A stretch of 64,000 nt of DNA from Actinomycetota bacterium. Its GTDB lineage: Bacteria; Actinomycetota; Acidimicrobiia; Actinomarinales; Actinomarinaceae. The translations under genes and the position numbers were made by a program. Positions 19,687 to 29,905 of the stretch are shown in pieces. Position 1 is the first letter of the stretch. Every line of letters starts with the position of its first letter. The stretch is taken from contig JAQCEB010000002.1 of the NCBI GenBank assembly GCA_027729925.1, positions 8,239-72,238 on the forward strand. The letters run 5' to 3'. The notes below the pieces were generated by a model. The model did not search any database, was not told the DNA's origin, and saw only the letters and a program-made list of their open reading frames with translations.

Positions 19687-20482
19687 TCTCTAGCTCTTTT
19701 GATATTTCTATTGATCTATTTGTTGCTTTATTAATTGCGTTATAGATTATCTTATCAAAAGAATCTAACTCTAGCGAATTTAAACCTGCTTCCGTTGTAC
19801 CTTTCGGTGATTTAACTTTACTTACCAATGCACTAAAACTTTCATTATCGCTTATTAAACCTGGCAATGATTTAACAAGCTCTTTAACTACTAGTTCTGA
19901 ATTCTCCTCACTCAAACCAAGTTCTGAACCGACTTTTACTAATTGAGATGAAAGTTCATAAAACCAAGCTGGACCACTTCCAGATAAGGCTGTTATTAAC
20001 GGGAATATACTTTCATCAAACTCTTTTACAGTACCTAGCTTCTGTAGATTTTTCTCTATAAAATTTAGATAATCGCCTTCATAGTTTTTTGTATATGGAA
20101 TAAATCCATTGTTATTTTCAATTAATAAATTTGGCATAACACGTATAACTTTATTTGATAGAGTTCTACTTATATGGTCAATGCTTAAGCCAGCAACAGG
20201 TGAGCAAATTAAAACATCCTCTCTTACTTTTGATTTATTACTTTGCAAAAATTCATTTACAACTTGGGGTTTTATACATAAGAGTAAAATTCCAGAATCT
20301 ATTATGTCGATATCAGTTTTAACTTCTATATTGTAATTATTTTCAATTTGCTTAGCCAACTGTATATTTGTCTCATAACAAAAATAATTTTTGAAATCAG
20401 AAGAATTTGTATTAAGAAACCCGTTTAAAAAAGCTTTTCCTAAGTTGCCTAATCCTATTATGTGAATATTTAGCTCTTTCAT
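19679..20482 (-). CDS. proC: Pyrroline-5-carboxylate reductase
   Basis: N-terminal IGLGNLG NADP site and the C-terminal P5CR signature SPKGTTEAG. Confidence 0.85.
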   Translation of the reverse strand: MKELNIHIIGLGNLGKAFLNGFLNTNSSDFKNYFCYETNIQLAKQIENNYNIEVKTDIDIIDSGILLLCIKPQVVNEFLQSNKSKVREDVLICSPVAGLSIDHISRTLSNKVIRVMPNLLIENNNGFIPYTKNYEGDYLNFIEKNLQKLGTVKEFDESIFPLITALSGSGPAWFYELSSQLVKVGSELGLSEENSELVVKELVKSLPGLISDNESFSALVSKVKSPKGTTEAGLNSLELDSFDKIIYNAINKATNRSIEISKELESE

Positions 20483-20573
20483 TACTACATAATATCAGGT
20501 AAAAAAATCAAATAATTTTAGAAATAATAAAAAATATTTCACATAAAAAATAAGTTGTGATATATTTATATTA

Positions 20574-20597
20574 AATCTAAGTTAAATTACTTAGATT
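20574..20597. promoter_or_regulatory. HAIR-like inverted repeat (putative HspR operator)
   Basis: Perfect 9-bp arms AATCTAAGT-N6-ACTTAGATT lie 33 nt upstream of the ATG at 20630. This is similar in form to the actinobacterial HAIR CTTGAGT-N7-ACTCAAG. Confidence 0.5.
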
Positions 20598-20629
20598 ACT
20601 TATATAAATAAACATAGAAAAGGATAAAA

Positions 20630-20830
20630 ATGAGTAGCACATTAACAGCTTCACAAGTAAAACCTGGTGTGCGTAGATCAAAAAAATACACTTCAGGTCG
20701 AATTTGTGCATTTGAATCATGCGAAACAGTAATAAGCATGTATAACAAGAAAAAATATTGTTTTCTACATGCCCCAATCTCCTATCCAAGGATCAGAGGG
20801 CATTTGCCTAGAGAACAAGAGTTGAATTAA
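20630..20830 (+). CDS. Small basic C-x4-C-x12-C-x2-H (putative zinc-ribbon) protein, paralog 1
   Basis: 66 aa. AGGA sits 5 nt before the ATG. About half the residues are identical, ungapped, to the ORF at 44276..44470, including all Cys/His and the HAP.YPR.RG tail. Confidence 0.6.
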   Translation: MSSTLTASQVKPGVRRSKKYTSGRICAFESCETVISMYNKKKYCFLHAPISYPRIRGHLPREQELN

Positions 20831-20855
20831 ATAAACTTTATTAGAAAGGAAAATA

Positions 20856-22664
20856 ATGGGAAAAGCAGTAGGAATTGATCTTGGAACAACAAATAGTGTT
20901 GTTGCTGTTTTAGAAGGCGGTGAGCCAACAGTAATTGCAAATGCAGAAGGAAACAGAACAACTCCATCTATAGTTGCATTCAAAGGTCAAGAGGTACTAG
21001 TAGGAGAACTAGCTAAAAGACAAGCTATAACTAATCCAAGTAATACAGTGAGATCTATTAAAAGAGAGATTGGTACTAATTGGAAAGAAACATTCGAAGG
21101 TAAAGAATATACTCCACAAGAAATCTCAGCAAGAATTTTACAAAAACTAAAAAGAGATGCTGAGTCGTATATTGGAGAAGAAATAACTGAAGCTGTAATT
21201 ACAGTACCAGCATATTTTAACGATGCAGAAAGACAAGCAACCAAAGAAGCAGGACAAATAGCTGGGCTGAATGTTCTGAGAATCATCAACGAACCAACCG
21301 CAGCTTCATTAGCTTATGGATTAGAAAACAACGAAGATCAAAAAATCTTAGTATTTGACCTTGGTGGTGGTACTTTTGATGTTTCAGTTTTAGAAATATC
21401 TGAAGGTGTTTTCGAAGTTAAATCTACATCTGGTGATTCAAAACTCGGTGGAGATGATTGGGATCAAAGAATAATGGATTGGCTTATCGAAAAATTTAAA
21501 TCATCTACAGGTATTGATTTATCAAATGACAAAATGGCTGTTCAAAGAATTAAAGAAAGTTCTGAAAAAGCAAAAATTGAACTTTCATCAACGAGTGAAA
21601 CTGAAATAAATTTGCCATTCATAACAGCTAATGATTCTGGGCCACAACATTTATTGCAAAAGCTAACAAGATCTGAATTTGAAAAAATTACATCTGATTT
21701 AGTTGAAAGAACCAAAGAACCCGTTAAAAAGGCATTGTCTGATGCTGGTTTGAAGTTTTCAGAGCTTGACCACATAATTTTAGTAGGTGGATCAACAAGA
21801 ATGCCAGCAGTCCAAGCACTAGTTAAAACTCTTACAGGTAAAGACCCTCATAAAGGTGTAAATCCTGATGAAGTGGTTGCAGCTGGTGCAGCTATTCAAG
21901 CTGGTGTTCTAAAAGGTGATGTCAAGGACGTACTATTACTTGATGTAACTCCTTTAACGTTAGGTGTCGAAACAAAAGGTGGAATAATGACAAAAATGAT
22001 TGAAAGAAACACCACTATTCCAACTAAACGTTCTGAAACTTTTACGACTGCTGAAGATAATCAAACACAAGTAGAAATACATGTTCTTCAAGGAGAAAGG
22101 GAAATGGCTTCTGGGAATAAATCATTAGGTAAATTTACCTTGACTGATATACCTGCTGCTAGACAAGGTACTCCACAAATCGAAGTTACATTTGATATTG
22201 ATGCAAACGGTATTGTAAATGTAAATGCTAAAGATCTAGGCACTGGCAAAGAACAGGCAATTACTATTACTGGTGGTACTGCTTTAGAAAAAGATGAAAT
22301 TGATCGTATGATTAAAGATGCAGAACAGCATGCAAATGAAGATGCTAAGAAAAAAGAGCTTGTAGAAACAAGAAACTTAGCCGAAGGAATGATTACTTCA
22401 ACTGAAAAAATGTTAGAAGAAAATTCTGAAAAAGCATCTGATGAAGAAAAAACAGCTATAAACAATGCAAAAGATGAACTTAAAAAAGTTATAGAAAATG
22501 AAGATTCTAGTATAGAAGTTATTAGATCCTCCATTGAAGAACTTACTAAAGCAAGTCAAAGTTTTGCAGAAAAACTTTATGCAGAATCCCAGAACTCAAA
22601 TCAAAATGATGAATCTTCAACTGATGACGATGTTGTTGAAGGTGAAGTTATAGAAGATGAGTAA
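20856..22664 (+). CDS. dnaK: Molecular chaperone DnaK (Hsp70)
   Basis: [17 protein letters not shown] and [11 protein letters not shown]-type ([10 protein letters not shown]) Hsp70 signatures. Confidence 0.98.
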   Translation: MGKAVGIDLGTTNSVVAVLEGGEPTVIANAEGNRTTPSIVAFKGQEVLVGELAKRQAITNPSNTVRSIKREIGTNWKETFEGKEYTPQEISARILQKLKRDAESYIGEEITEAVITVPAYFNDAERQATKEAGQIAGLNVLRIINEPTAASLAYGLENNEDQKILVFDLGGGTFDVSVLEISEGVFEVKSTSGDSKLGGDDWDQRIMDWLIEKFKSSTGIDLSNDKMAVQRIKESSEKAKIELSSTSETEINLPFITANDSGPQHLLQKLTRSEFEKITSDLVERTKEPVKKALSDAGLKFSELDHIILVGGSTRMPAVQALVKTLTGKDPHKGVNPDEVVAAGAAIQAGVLKGDVKDVLLLDVTPLTLGVETKGGIMTKMIERNTTIPTKRSETFTTAEDNQTQVEIHVLQGEREMASGNKSLGKFTLTDIPAARQGTPQIEVTFDIDANGIVNVNAKDLGTGKEQAITITGGTALEKDEIDRMIKDAEQHANEDAKKKELVETRNLAEGMITSTEKMLEENSEKASDEEKTAINNAKDELKKVIENEDSSIEVIRSSIEELTKASQSFAEKLYAESQNSNQNDESSTDDDVVEGEVIEDE

Positions 22665-23199
22665 AAAGAAGAATTTTGAAAACTCCGAAGTAGATAATTC
22701 TACTTCGGAGCATCCAGATAACGAAACAACTGCTGAAGAATTAGTTGATGAAGAATTAGTTATTGAGGATTCAACAGAAGAGTCAACAATTCCTCTTTCT
22801 CAATATGAAAAAATTAAAGATGACTATCTTAGACTTGCAGCAGATTTTGATAACTTTCGCAAAAGAACAGAAAAAGAAAAAGAGTCTATTACTAAAACAA
22901 CTATTAGTTTATTTATTAGCAAACTACTTCCTTTAATAGATAATTTTGAAATTGCAACATCACAAGAAAATGTACATGATGAAACTAAAACATTGCAGCT
23001 ACTTCTTGAAACAGTTTTAAAAGAATTAAATGTTACTGAAGTTGGTGTAGTTGGAGAAGAATTTGATCCTGCTATTCATGAAGCTGTAGAACATACTGGG
23101 GAAGGCGAAAAACAAAAAATTGATGTTGTTCTTAGAAAAGGCTATCTCTATCAATCTTACCTAATTAGACCTGCAATGGTGAAGGTTATAAGTGAGTAG
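22657..23199 (+). CDS. grpE: Nucleotide exchange factor GrpE
   Basis: [12 protein letters not shown] GrpE motif. Overlaps the dnaK stop by 8 nt. Confidence 0.9.
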   Translation: MSKKKNFENSEVDNSTSEHPDNETTAEELVDEELVIEDSTEESTIPLSQYEKIKDDYLRLAADFDNFRKRTEKEKESITKTTISLFISKLLPLIDNFEIATSQENVHDETKTLQLLLETVLKELNVTEVGVVGEEFDPAIHEAVEHTGEGEKQKIDVVLRKGYLYQSYLIRPAMVKVISE

Positions 23200-24277
23200 A
23201 GACTGGCTAGAAAAAGATTTTTATGCTGTCTTGGGTGTATCGAAAGAGGCATCAACAGAAGATATAAAAAAAGCATACAAAAAACTCGCTAGAGAAAACC
23301 ATCCCGATTTAAATCCGGGTGATCCGGAAGCTGAAAAAAGATTCAAGGAAATTTCTGAAGCAAGTTCTGTGCTCTCTGATTCAGCAAAAAGACAAGAATA
23401 TGATCAGATTAGAGCAATGGGTGCTTCTGGTTTTGGTGGTTTTGGTGGTCAAGGTTTTAATGTTGAAGACTTAGGTGATATATTTGGCAACTTAGGAGAT
23501 ATATTTGGTTTTGGTAGTAGTGGTGGTAGAAGAAAAGGACAAACTTACCAAACCAATATCAATATTTCATTTGAAGATGCAGCAGCTGGTGTTGAAACAA
23601 TTGTTCCGCTTCGCAAGGAAGTAATGTGTAGCGATTGTAAAGGTACAGGAGCAGAAAATGGCACTGCATTTCATAGATGTAATATTTGTGGAGGTTCTGG
23701 ACAAACAGCCTCTAATCAAGGTTTCTTTTCTTTTGCACAAACATGTTCAGCGTGCAAAGGCCAAGGTAATGTAATCGACAAACAATGTAGGACTTGTAGA
23801 AGCACTGGTTCAGTTGTTGAAAATGAGACAATTAAGGTAAAAGTACCAGCAGGTGTTGATAACGGTACGGTGATACGTTTAAGAGGCAGAGGTGGCTCAG
23901 GAGGTCCAGGAGCTCCAGATGGGGATTTACTTGTACAGATAGGAGTTTCACCCCATAAATTCTTTAAAAGAAAAAATAGTGATTTAGTTTTAGATGTTCC
24001 ACTTATGTTCACAGAGGCAGCACTTGGTGCGAGCATAAAAATTCCAACTTTAACAAAAACAGTAAACCTTAAAATTCCACCTGGTACTCCGAGTGGCAAG
24101 ATGTTTAAAATTAAAGGTGAAGGAATTTCTCCTCAAGGAAGAAGGTCAGGAGATTTATATGTAAAGGTATACATCTCTCCACCTACAAATTTATCTCGTT
24201 CAGCAAAAAAACATTTAGAAAAATATAGAGACCAATTCGAGTCAGGCGAATCTCCAAGGGATTACCTTTATGAATAA
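23192..24277 (+). CDS. dnaJ: Co-chaperone DnaJ
   Basis: J-domain with HPD (ENHPDLNP), a G/F region, and four CxxCxGxG zinc motifs. Confidence 0.95.
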   Translation: MSRDWLEKDFYAVLGVSKEASTEDIKKAYKKLARENHPDLNPGDPEAEKRFKEISEASSVLSDSAKRQEYDQIRAMGASGFGGFGGQGFNVEDLGDIFGNLGDIFGFGSSGGRRKGQTYQTNINISFEDAAAGVETIVPLRKEVMCSDCKGTGAENGTAFHRCNICGGSGQTASNQGFFSFAQTCSACKGQGNVIDKQCRTCRSTGSVVENETIKVKVPAGVDNGTVIRLRGRGGSGGPGAPDGDLLVQIGVSPHKFFKRKNSDLVLDVPLMFTEAALGASIKIPTLTKTVNLKIPPGTPSGKMFKIKGEGISPQGRRSGDLYVKVYISPPTNLSRSAKKHLEKYRDQFESGESPRDYLYE

Positions 24278-24653
24278 AGAAAACTCAAAAGCTATATATT
24301 TTATCTCTGTTGCATCAGATTTATCAGGTATTCACCCTCAAACGATCCGAACTTATGAAGAAAAAGGGTTAATTAAACCTTTTAGGACTGGTGGTGGTAC
24401 AAGAAGGTACTCTCAATCAGATATTGATAAACTCGTTCAAATTCAAAATTTATCTCAAAGAGGAATAAATTTAGAAGGTATCAAAATAATTTATGAAATG
24501 AAAGAGCGAATAGACAATCTTCAGAACAAGATTATTGACCTTGAGAATGAAATTTCAAATCAAGGAATTCAATCTAGGAAAAAAGAAAAAGACATTCACC
24601 AAAGTTACAAAAAAGAAATTGTAAAAAAATCTGATAAATCAATTAGAAGATAG
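24270..24653 (+). CDS. hspR: MerR-family heat-shock repressor HspR
   Basis: MerR HTH (ISVASDLSGIHPQTIRTYEEKGLIKPFRTGGGTRRYS). It is the last gene of the dnaK operon, as in Streptomyces and Mycobacterium. Confidence 0.85.
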   Translation: MNKENSKAIYFISVASDLSGIHPQTIRTYEEKGLIKPFRTGGGTRRYSQSDIDKLVQIQNLSQRGINLEGIKIIYEMKERIDNLQNKIIDLENEISNQGIQSRKKEKDIHQSYKKEIVKKSDKSIRR

Positions 24654-24704
24654 TTCATTAAACTTAATAGAGCATAAAAAAATAGAAGTTAAACTTAAAT
24701 CATT

Positions 24705-25001
24705 ATGAAGTCATTGATATTAATAATTCAGATAGCAGACATAGCTTTACATATTATTTCTAATCAAGCTGAAATTTTAAGAATACTTGCAAATTTAATT
24801 ATCATTGCCTGGGTTTTTAAGTTTTACAATGGTAATAGTAAAAATATTAATTGGACAATTCTTGGAATTTATTTAATTTTTAATTTTTCATTTCTGTTCA
24901 TAAGAGGTGTATCAAACAATGGTGACCCCCGCATATTTTTCTGGGTAGCTGTACTTTTAACTACTTTGTTTAGTTCCTTAATAATTAATAGAAAAGTTTA
25001 A
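24705..25001 (+). CDS. Small 3-TM membrane protein, unknown function
   Basis: 98 aa hydrophobic ORF. No motif recognised. Confidence 0.4.
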   Translation: MKSLILIIQIADIALHIISNQAEILRILANLIIIAWVFKFYNGNSKNINWTILGIYLIFNFSFLFIRGVSNNGDPRIFFWVAVLLTTLFSSLIINRKV

Positions 25002-26689
25002 TTTTGATACTTATCAATAAAGCTTTCTATTTTATTTTCTAAAATAGGCAGAGTTATTCCCCCATCACAGAGAACTTCATCGTGAAATAATCTTATATCG
25101 AATTTATCGCCTAAACTGTCTTCAGCTTTCTTTCTTAATTCTTGAATCTTTAATTGACCCATTTTATAAGAACATGCTTGTCCTGGCCATGCAATGTATC
25201 TATCAGTTTCAATATTTGCATTAATCTCTTCAATTGGAGAATTTGATCTAAAAAAATTAACAGCTTGTTCTCTAGACCAACCCATTCCGTGTATACCAGT
25301 ATCTAGAACTAATCTACATGCTCTCCAAGCATCATTTCCAAGTCTTCCAAGTTGTTGAACATCACTTGAATAAAGCCCCATTTCATTTGCTAACTGTTCA
25401 GCATATAATCCCCACCCCTCGACAAATGCTGTAGATGCAGTATATTTTTGAAATTCTGGAACATCTTTTAATTCAACTGCAATTGTTCTATCTAAATGGT
25501 GACCTGGAATTGCTTCGTGGAAAGCAACTGACTCTGCTTCAAATACACTTTTAGTCTCAGCTTTATATGTATTTAAAAAATATGTGCCATCTCTTGAGCC
25601 ATCAGGTAATGGTGGAAAATAATAAGCGGGAGGTGCATGTTTTTCAGACTCTGCCGGTACAGGCAACACTTTGCATGGTGATTTTGGAAATACTGTAAAC
25701 CAATCACCAAGCGGTTTATAAGCTCTTTCAATAGTATCTTCAGCTAATTTAATCATTTCTTCTTTACTTTGATATCTCATTGATGGGTCTGTTTGCATTT
25801 TTATCAAAACTTCTTCAGGAGTTAGAACACCATCAAATACTTTTTCTCCTATTTCAAAAAATTCCTTTTTCAATCTTGATATTTCATTCATTCCAATTTC
25901 ATGAACTTCTTTAACAGTTATATTTTTATGACCTGTAAATTTCCTTAAACTTCTTAAATAAATTTCATCTCCCCCCTCTATCCACATAATGCCAGGTTTT
26001 GTATCAGGTCTTCCTTGAGGTAAATGCTCATTATTTAACATTTCCAAGTAGTTCAATACACTAGGTCTCACAGAATTTTCTAGGATAATTTTTGCTTTTT
26101 CTCTCCATTTTGAAATAAAGTCATTCTTAATTTGAGGAGAAAAACTAACTAGAAGTAGTGGGTCTGAGTCAAGACTTGTGTTTAGATAGCTTTCTAATTG
26201 ATCAATGGTTCTCAATAAGTTTCTTTCGGTTGCGACTTTATTATTGTTTAATCCAATTTTTTGAACTTCTGATATTTGAACAAATAATTGTTTGTATAAC
26301 TCTATCCTTTTTAGAAGTAAATCAGCTGAATCCTCATCTTGAATAAAAATCTGTTGATTGATGTCAATTAAATATTTTTGAAAGCCTACAACACCTGCTG
26401 AATACTCCCAACCTTTATCAGCTAAATTATCAAAACTTGATGAAAGAGAGAATTCTAACATACCTGCTGTAACTTTTTCTCTATTGTTAAGTGTTGAAAA
26501 GTCAATATTATCTAATCTAGATTTAAAACCTTCTAAACTTTTTTGCTCACTCTCAAAGTGTTCCTGTGTAAGCACCTCTATTTTGTCAAAATATTCTTTA
26601 TATCCTCTCATAACTCCAGATGTTGGTGAACTGTCTAAAGTAGCTTGAAAATAGTCTTTCGCTAATTTTTCTAATTCTCTATTTATCAT
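24998..26689 (-). CDS. DUF885-family (metallopeptidase-like) protein
   Basis: 563 aa. HEAIPGHH motif and overall pattern typical of DUF885. Confidence 0.7.
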   Translation of the reverse strand: MINRELEKLAKDYFQATLDSSPTSGVMRGYKEYFDKIEVLTQEHFESEQKSLEGFKSRLDNIDFSTLNNREKVTAGMLEFSLSSSFDNLADKGWEYSAGVVGFQKYLIDINQQIFIQDEDSADLLLKRIELYKQLFVQISEVQKIGLNNNKVATERNLLRTIDQLESYLNTSLDSDPLLLVSFSPQIKNDFISKWREKAKIILENSVRPSVLNYLEMLNNEHLPQGRPDTKPGIMWIEGGDEIYLRSLRKFTGHKNITVKEVHEIGMNEISRLKKEFFEIGEKVFDGVLTPEEVLIKMQTDPSMRYQSKEEMIKLAEDTIERAYKPLGDWFTVFPKSPCKVLPVPAESEKHAPPAYYFPPLPDGSRDGTYFLNTYKAETKSVFEAESVAFHEAIPGHHLDRTIAVELKDVPEFQKYTASTAFVEGWGLYAEQLANEMGLYSSDVQQLGRLGNDAWRACRLVLDTGIHGMGWSREQAVNFFRSNSPIEEINANIETDRYIAWPGQACSYKMGQLKIQELRKKAEDSLGDKFDIRLFHDEVLCDGGITLPILENKIESFIDKYQN

Positions 26690-27428
26690 TTATTTCCTTT
26701 TTTAATGTAATGAGCTCTTTTTCAATTTTATCTAATTTTTCACCTAATTCATTTATTGTGATTTCATTGTCATTAAAACTAGAAATAAAGTGTGAAGAAA
26801 CTGCTGCGGTAATTGTTGCAATAAAACCTATACCCATAATCATCAATGCGCTAGCTATTATCCTGCCAAGAGTTGAAACTGGTGTTATATCACCATAACC
26901 AACAGTAGTAATTGTAACTAATGCCCACCAAAGCCCATCGCTATAACTTTCAACATGAGGTTCTGAAATATAAAACATAAACCCAAAAAATAGAATGATG
27001 CCAATAGTTGTATAAACAATAAAACGTAACCCTTTTGAATTAAAAATTGACTTTACTGTTGATGCAAACCTGCCGAGCAAAGCTGCAAGCCTAAAAAATC
27101 TTAAACTGTTAAGTAATCTTGGTAAACGAGCAAATCTCAAGAAACCGGAAGATGCTAAACCTTCAGGAACTATTGGAAATGAAAAAATTATTATAAAAAG
27201 TTCAAGTTTATGAGTTTTTATAAAATGAAACTTGTCTTCAACGAAAAATAGCAAAACTACATACTCAAATAGAAATACAATCCAAATAACCCAATTCAAT
27301 AAAATTGCCAATGCGTTTAAATTTTGCTGTGTGTATTCAATAACTAATACTGGAATCAACATTAAAACAGATACCATGACTGGTATTTGAAAAAACTTAT
27401 CTGCTTTTTGGTAGCTTGACTTCTCCAT
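26679..27428 (-). CDS. Potassium channel (6-TM ion transport family)
   Basis: Selectivity filter TTVGYGD. S4-like RFARLPRLLNSLRFFRL arginine repeats. Confidence 0.8.
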   Translation of the reverse strand: MEKSSYQKADKFFQIPVMVSVLMLIPVLVIEYTQQNLNALAILLNWVIWIVFLFEYVVLLFFVEDKFHFIKTHKLELFIIIFSFPIVPEGLASSGFLRFARLPRLLNSLRFFRLAALLGRFASTVKSIFNSKGLRFIVYTTIGIILFFGFMFYISEPHVESYSDGLWWALVTITTVGYGDITPVSTLGRIIASALMIMGIGFIATITAAVSSHFISSFNDNEITINELGEKLDKIEKELITLKKEINDK

Positions 27429-27483
27429 AAGACATTATAAAACTTAGCTTCTTAGTTTAAAGAAAATAATATAAAATAAATAT

Positions 27484-28764
27484 GTGAACAGGGTTATTTT
27501 TTTTATTTTATTTATTGGAATTATAGTTTTCCCTTTATCAAGTAATTTAAATCTAGACAGTATTGTTTTAGAAAGTAAGTTAATGAAAAACTTTGAGAAT
27601 AAGTCCTCATCACCAACAACTACTATAAAAACTTTTGAAATTAAATTAACAGAACAAGAAAAAATAGAGTTAAAAAAAATTAATGAGAAATTAAACAATA
27701 CAATTTTATTTTCTTATTTTTCAAATACAATCCAGTTTGAAAATGACTTGATAAATATCGAAAAAAAAGTTAATGAATTTAATGCTTTTTACAAGTATGA
27801 ACAATTTGTACTTAAAAATAATGGAATTAAAGGGCTATATCTAAATGGATATCACTTTCTAGTTAAAGATAAAATCGAACCTATTATTAAAATTCTTGAA
27901 TCAACAAATGTTAATACAATTGTTTTAGATGTTAAAACTGATAACGGTCATCTCTTATATGAAAGCAACATAAAAGAAGTTGAAACTTTAAATAACATAA
28001 GAAAAAAATATAATGCTGATGATCTAAACGCATTTAAAAAAAACTATGGAGTCTACTTAATTGGCAGAGTTGTGGCATTTCAAGACCCTATCTTTGCACA
28101 AAAATATCCTTCGTCAGCTATTTTAGATATAACTAATGGATTACCATATTCACAAGATGGTCAATATTTTCTTGATCCTAGTGATGACTTTGCAAGAGAG
28201 TATATTAAAAAAGTTGCAGTTGAAGCTTGTGATCTAGGCTTTGATGAGATACAACTCGATTATATTCGTTACCCTGACACTAACAATACAAATTTACAAT
28301 TTGACCAAGAGAGCACATCAGAAACTAGAACTAATAATATAAACTCATTACTTTCTCAAATTCGAGAAGAGCTGCATGCTAAAGGGTGTCTTTTATCTGC
28401 AGATATATTCGGTTATGTTCTTATAGCAAAGAATGATAATGGCATTGGTCAATTTCTTGAGTCACTAGTTGAAAATGTAGATTTTATATCACCTATGGTA
28501 TACCCTTCACATTACTCTAAAGGATCATATGGTTTTAGTAATCCTAATAGCTATCCATATGAGGTAATTACTGCATCTTTAAATGATGGACTAAAAAGAG
28601 GAACCGAAATTTTAAAACTTCGACCTTATTTACAAGGTTTTTGGCATACTGACGAACAAGTAAGACTTAATATAAAAGCGGCTGAAGATTTAGGAATTGG
28701 ATGGCTTCTTTGGAATAATGTAAGTAATTATAATTTAGAATATTTTGCTACACTCAACTCATGA
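27484..28764 (+). CDS. Secreted putative glycoside-hydrolase-like protein (DUF4015-like TIM barrel)
   Basis: GTG start and an N-terminal signal/anchor. The FDEIQLDYIRYP motif is characteristic of that family as I recall it. Confidence 0.5.
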   Translation: MNRVIFFILFIGIIVFPLSSNLNLDSIVLESKLMKNFENKSSSPTTTIKTFEIKLTEQEKIELKKINEKLNNTILFSYFSNTIQFENDLINIEKKVNEFNAFYKYEQFVLKNNGIKGLYLNGYHFLVKDKIEPIIKILESTNVNTIVLDVKTDNGHLLYESNIKEVETLNNIRKKYNADDLNAFKKNYGVYLIGRVVAFQDPIFAQKYPSSAILDITNGLPYSQDGQYFLDPSDDFAREYIKKVAVEACDLGFDEIQLDYIRYPDTNNTNLQFDQESTSETRTNNINSLLSQIREELHAKGCLLSADIFGYVLIAKNDNGIGQFLESLVENVDFISPMVYPSHYSKGSYGFSNPNSYPYEVITASLNDGLKRGTEILKLRPYLQGFWHTDEQVRLNIKAAEDLGIGWLLWNNVSNYNLEYFATLNS

Positions 28765-29903
28765 GTATAAAAAAAGATTTTAAAGAATCACTCAGTAAAC
28801 TTTACAATGAGCTGTGTGATATAAGTGCTTGGATGTATGAAAATCCAGAATTAGGGTTTGAAGAATACAAAACTTCAAAATACTTAGTTGATTACATAAA
28901 CAAGTACACTACAAATACTGTTTTTCCTACTCATGATCTTGAAACAGCATTTGAAGTTACTTTTGGTGAAACTGGACCTTTAACTGTAATTTGTGTTGAA
29001 TATGATGCGTTGCCAGAAATAGGGCATGCATGTGGTCATAATATTATTGCTACAGCTGCAATAGGTGCTGGATTAGCACTAAGAAATTATGTAAACGATC
29101 TTGGTATTAGAGTGAAATTACTCGGAACACCAGCTGAAGAAGGTGGTGGTGGAAAAATAGTATTACTTGATAGGGGTGCTTTTGAAGATGCTTCTTGTTC
29201 AATGATGATACATCCAGGTATTGAAAATGTTGTTAATCCAACCTTTACTACTATCCAACAATATACAGTTGAGTATTTTGGAAAAGACGCACATGCTGCA
29301 GGTGCACCGGAAGAAGGTATAAATGCTCTTGATGCACAAATTCAATTATTTGTTAATGCTTCTACTTATAGGCAACAAATGTTTCAAACTAATAGAATGC
29401 ATGGTGTAATTCGTGATGGTGGGTTTAAGCCAAATATAATTCCTTCTTATACCCGTTCCGAATGGTATTTGAGATCTCTTAATAAAGAAGGTTTAAAAAA
29501 AATAGAAAGTGATTTTTACAATTTTGTTAATGCTGCTGCTATGGCTACTAAATGTAAAGTAAAAATATCTTCACCTGACTATATATATCAAGAAATTAAT
29601 AACAATCAAACTATGTATGAGTTGTATCAAGAAAACTCTAAAGAAGTTGGCCGAGATATGATTCTTCAAAAAGATGCTGTTAGGCCTGGACTTGGTTCAA
29701 CAGATATGGGTAATATTTCTCAGGCATTTCCATCAATACACCCAATGTTAGCAATTGATGGGAACGGAGCTGTAAACCATCAGCCTGAATATGCTGCGGC
29801 TACTTTATCCGAATCTGGAAAAAAAGCAATATATGATGGTGCTTATGCAATGGGTGCTACCATTATCGACTTAGCTGAGAAAAACCTTTGGAGTAAACTT
29901 TAA
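28761..29903 (+). CDS. M20-family amidohydrolase (AbgB/PM20D2-like)
   Basis: HACGHN metal-binding motif and GTPAEEGGGGK. Confidence 0.8.
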   Translation: MSIKKDFKESLSKLYNELCDISAWMYENPELGFEEYKTSKYLVDYINKYTTNTVFPTHDLETAFEVTFGETGPLTVICVEYDALPEIGHACGHNIIATAAIGAGLALRNYVNDLGIRVKLLGTPAEEGGGGKIVLLDRGAFEDASCSMMIHPGIENVVNPTFTTIQQYTVEYFGKDAHAAGAPEEGINALDAQIQLFVNASTYRQQMFQTNRMHGVIRDGGFKPNIIPSYTRSEWYLRSLNKEGLKKIESDFYNFVNAAAMATKCKVKISSPDYIYQEINNNQTMYELYQENSKEVGRDMILQKDAVRPGLGSTDMGNISQAFPSIHPMLAIDGNGAVNHQPEYAAATLSESGKKAIYDGAYAMGATIIDLAEKNLWSKL

Positions 29904-29905
29904 TA

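Noticed and set aside
20765-24099. ORFs antisense to dnaK and dnaJ (20765..20983, 20987..21289, 21542..21775, 22088..22534, 23716..24099)
   Set aside because: They lie wholly inside, and antisense to, highly conserved chaperone genes. Their Ser/Pro/Leu-rich composition is typical of shadow frames. The same reasoning applies to 34406..34777, 52270..52632, 59276..59671, 50512..50823 and the other short internal antisense ORFs in the track.
27444-27698. 84-aa minus-strand ORF overlapping the start of the 27484 gene
   Set aside because: Low-complexity Phe/Ile/Lys-rich shadow frame, antisense to a gene with a plausible signal peptide and family motif.
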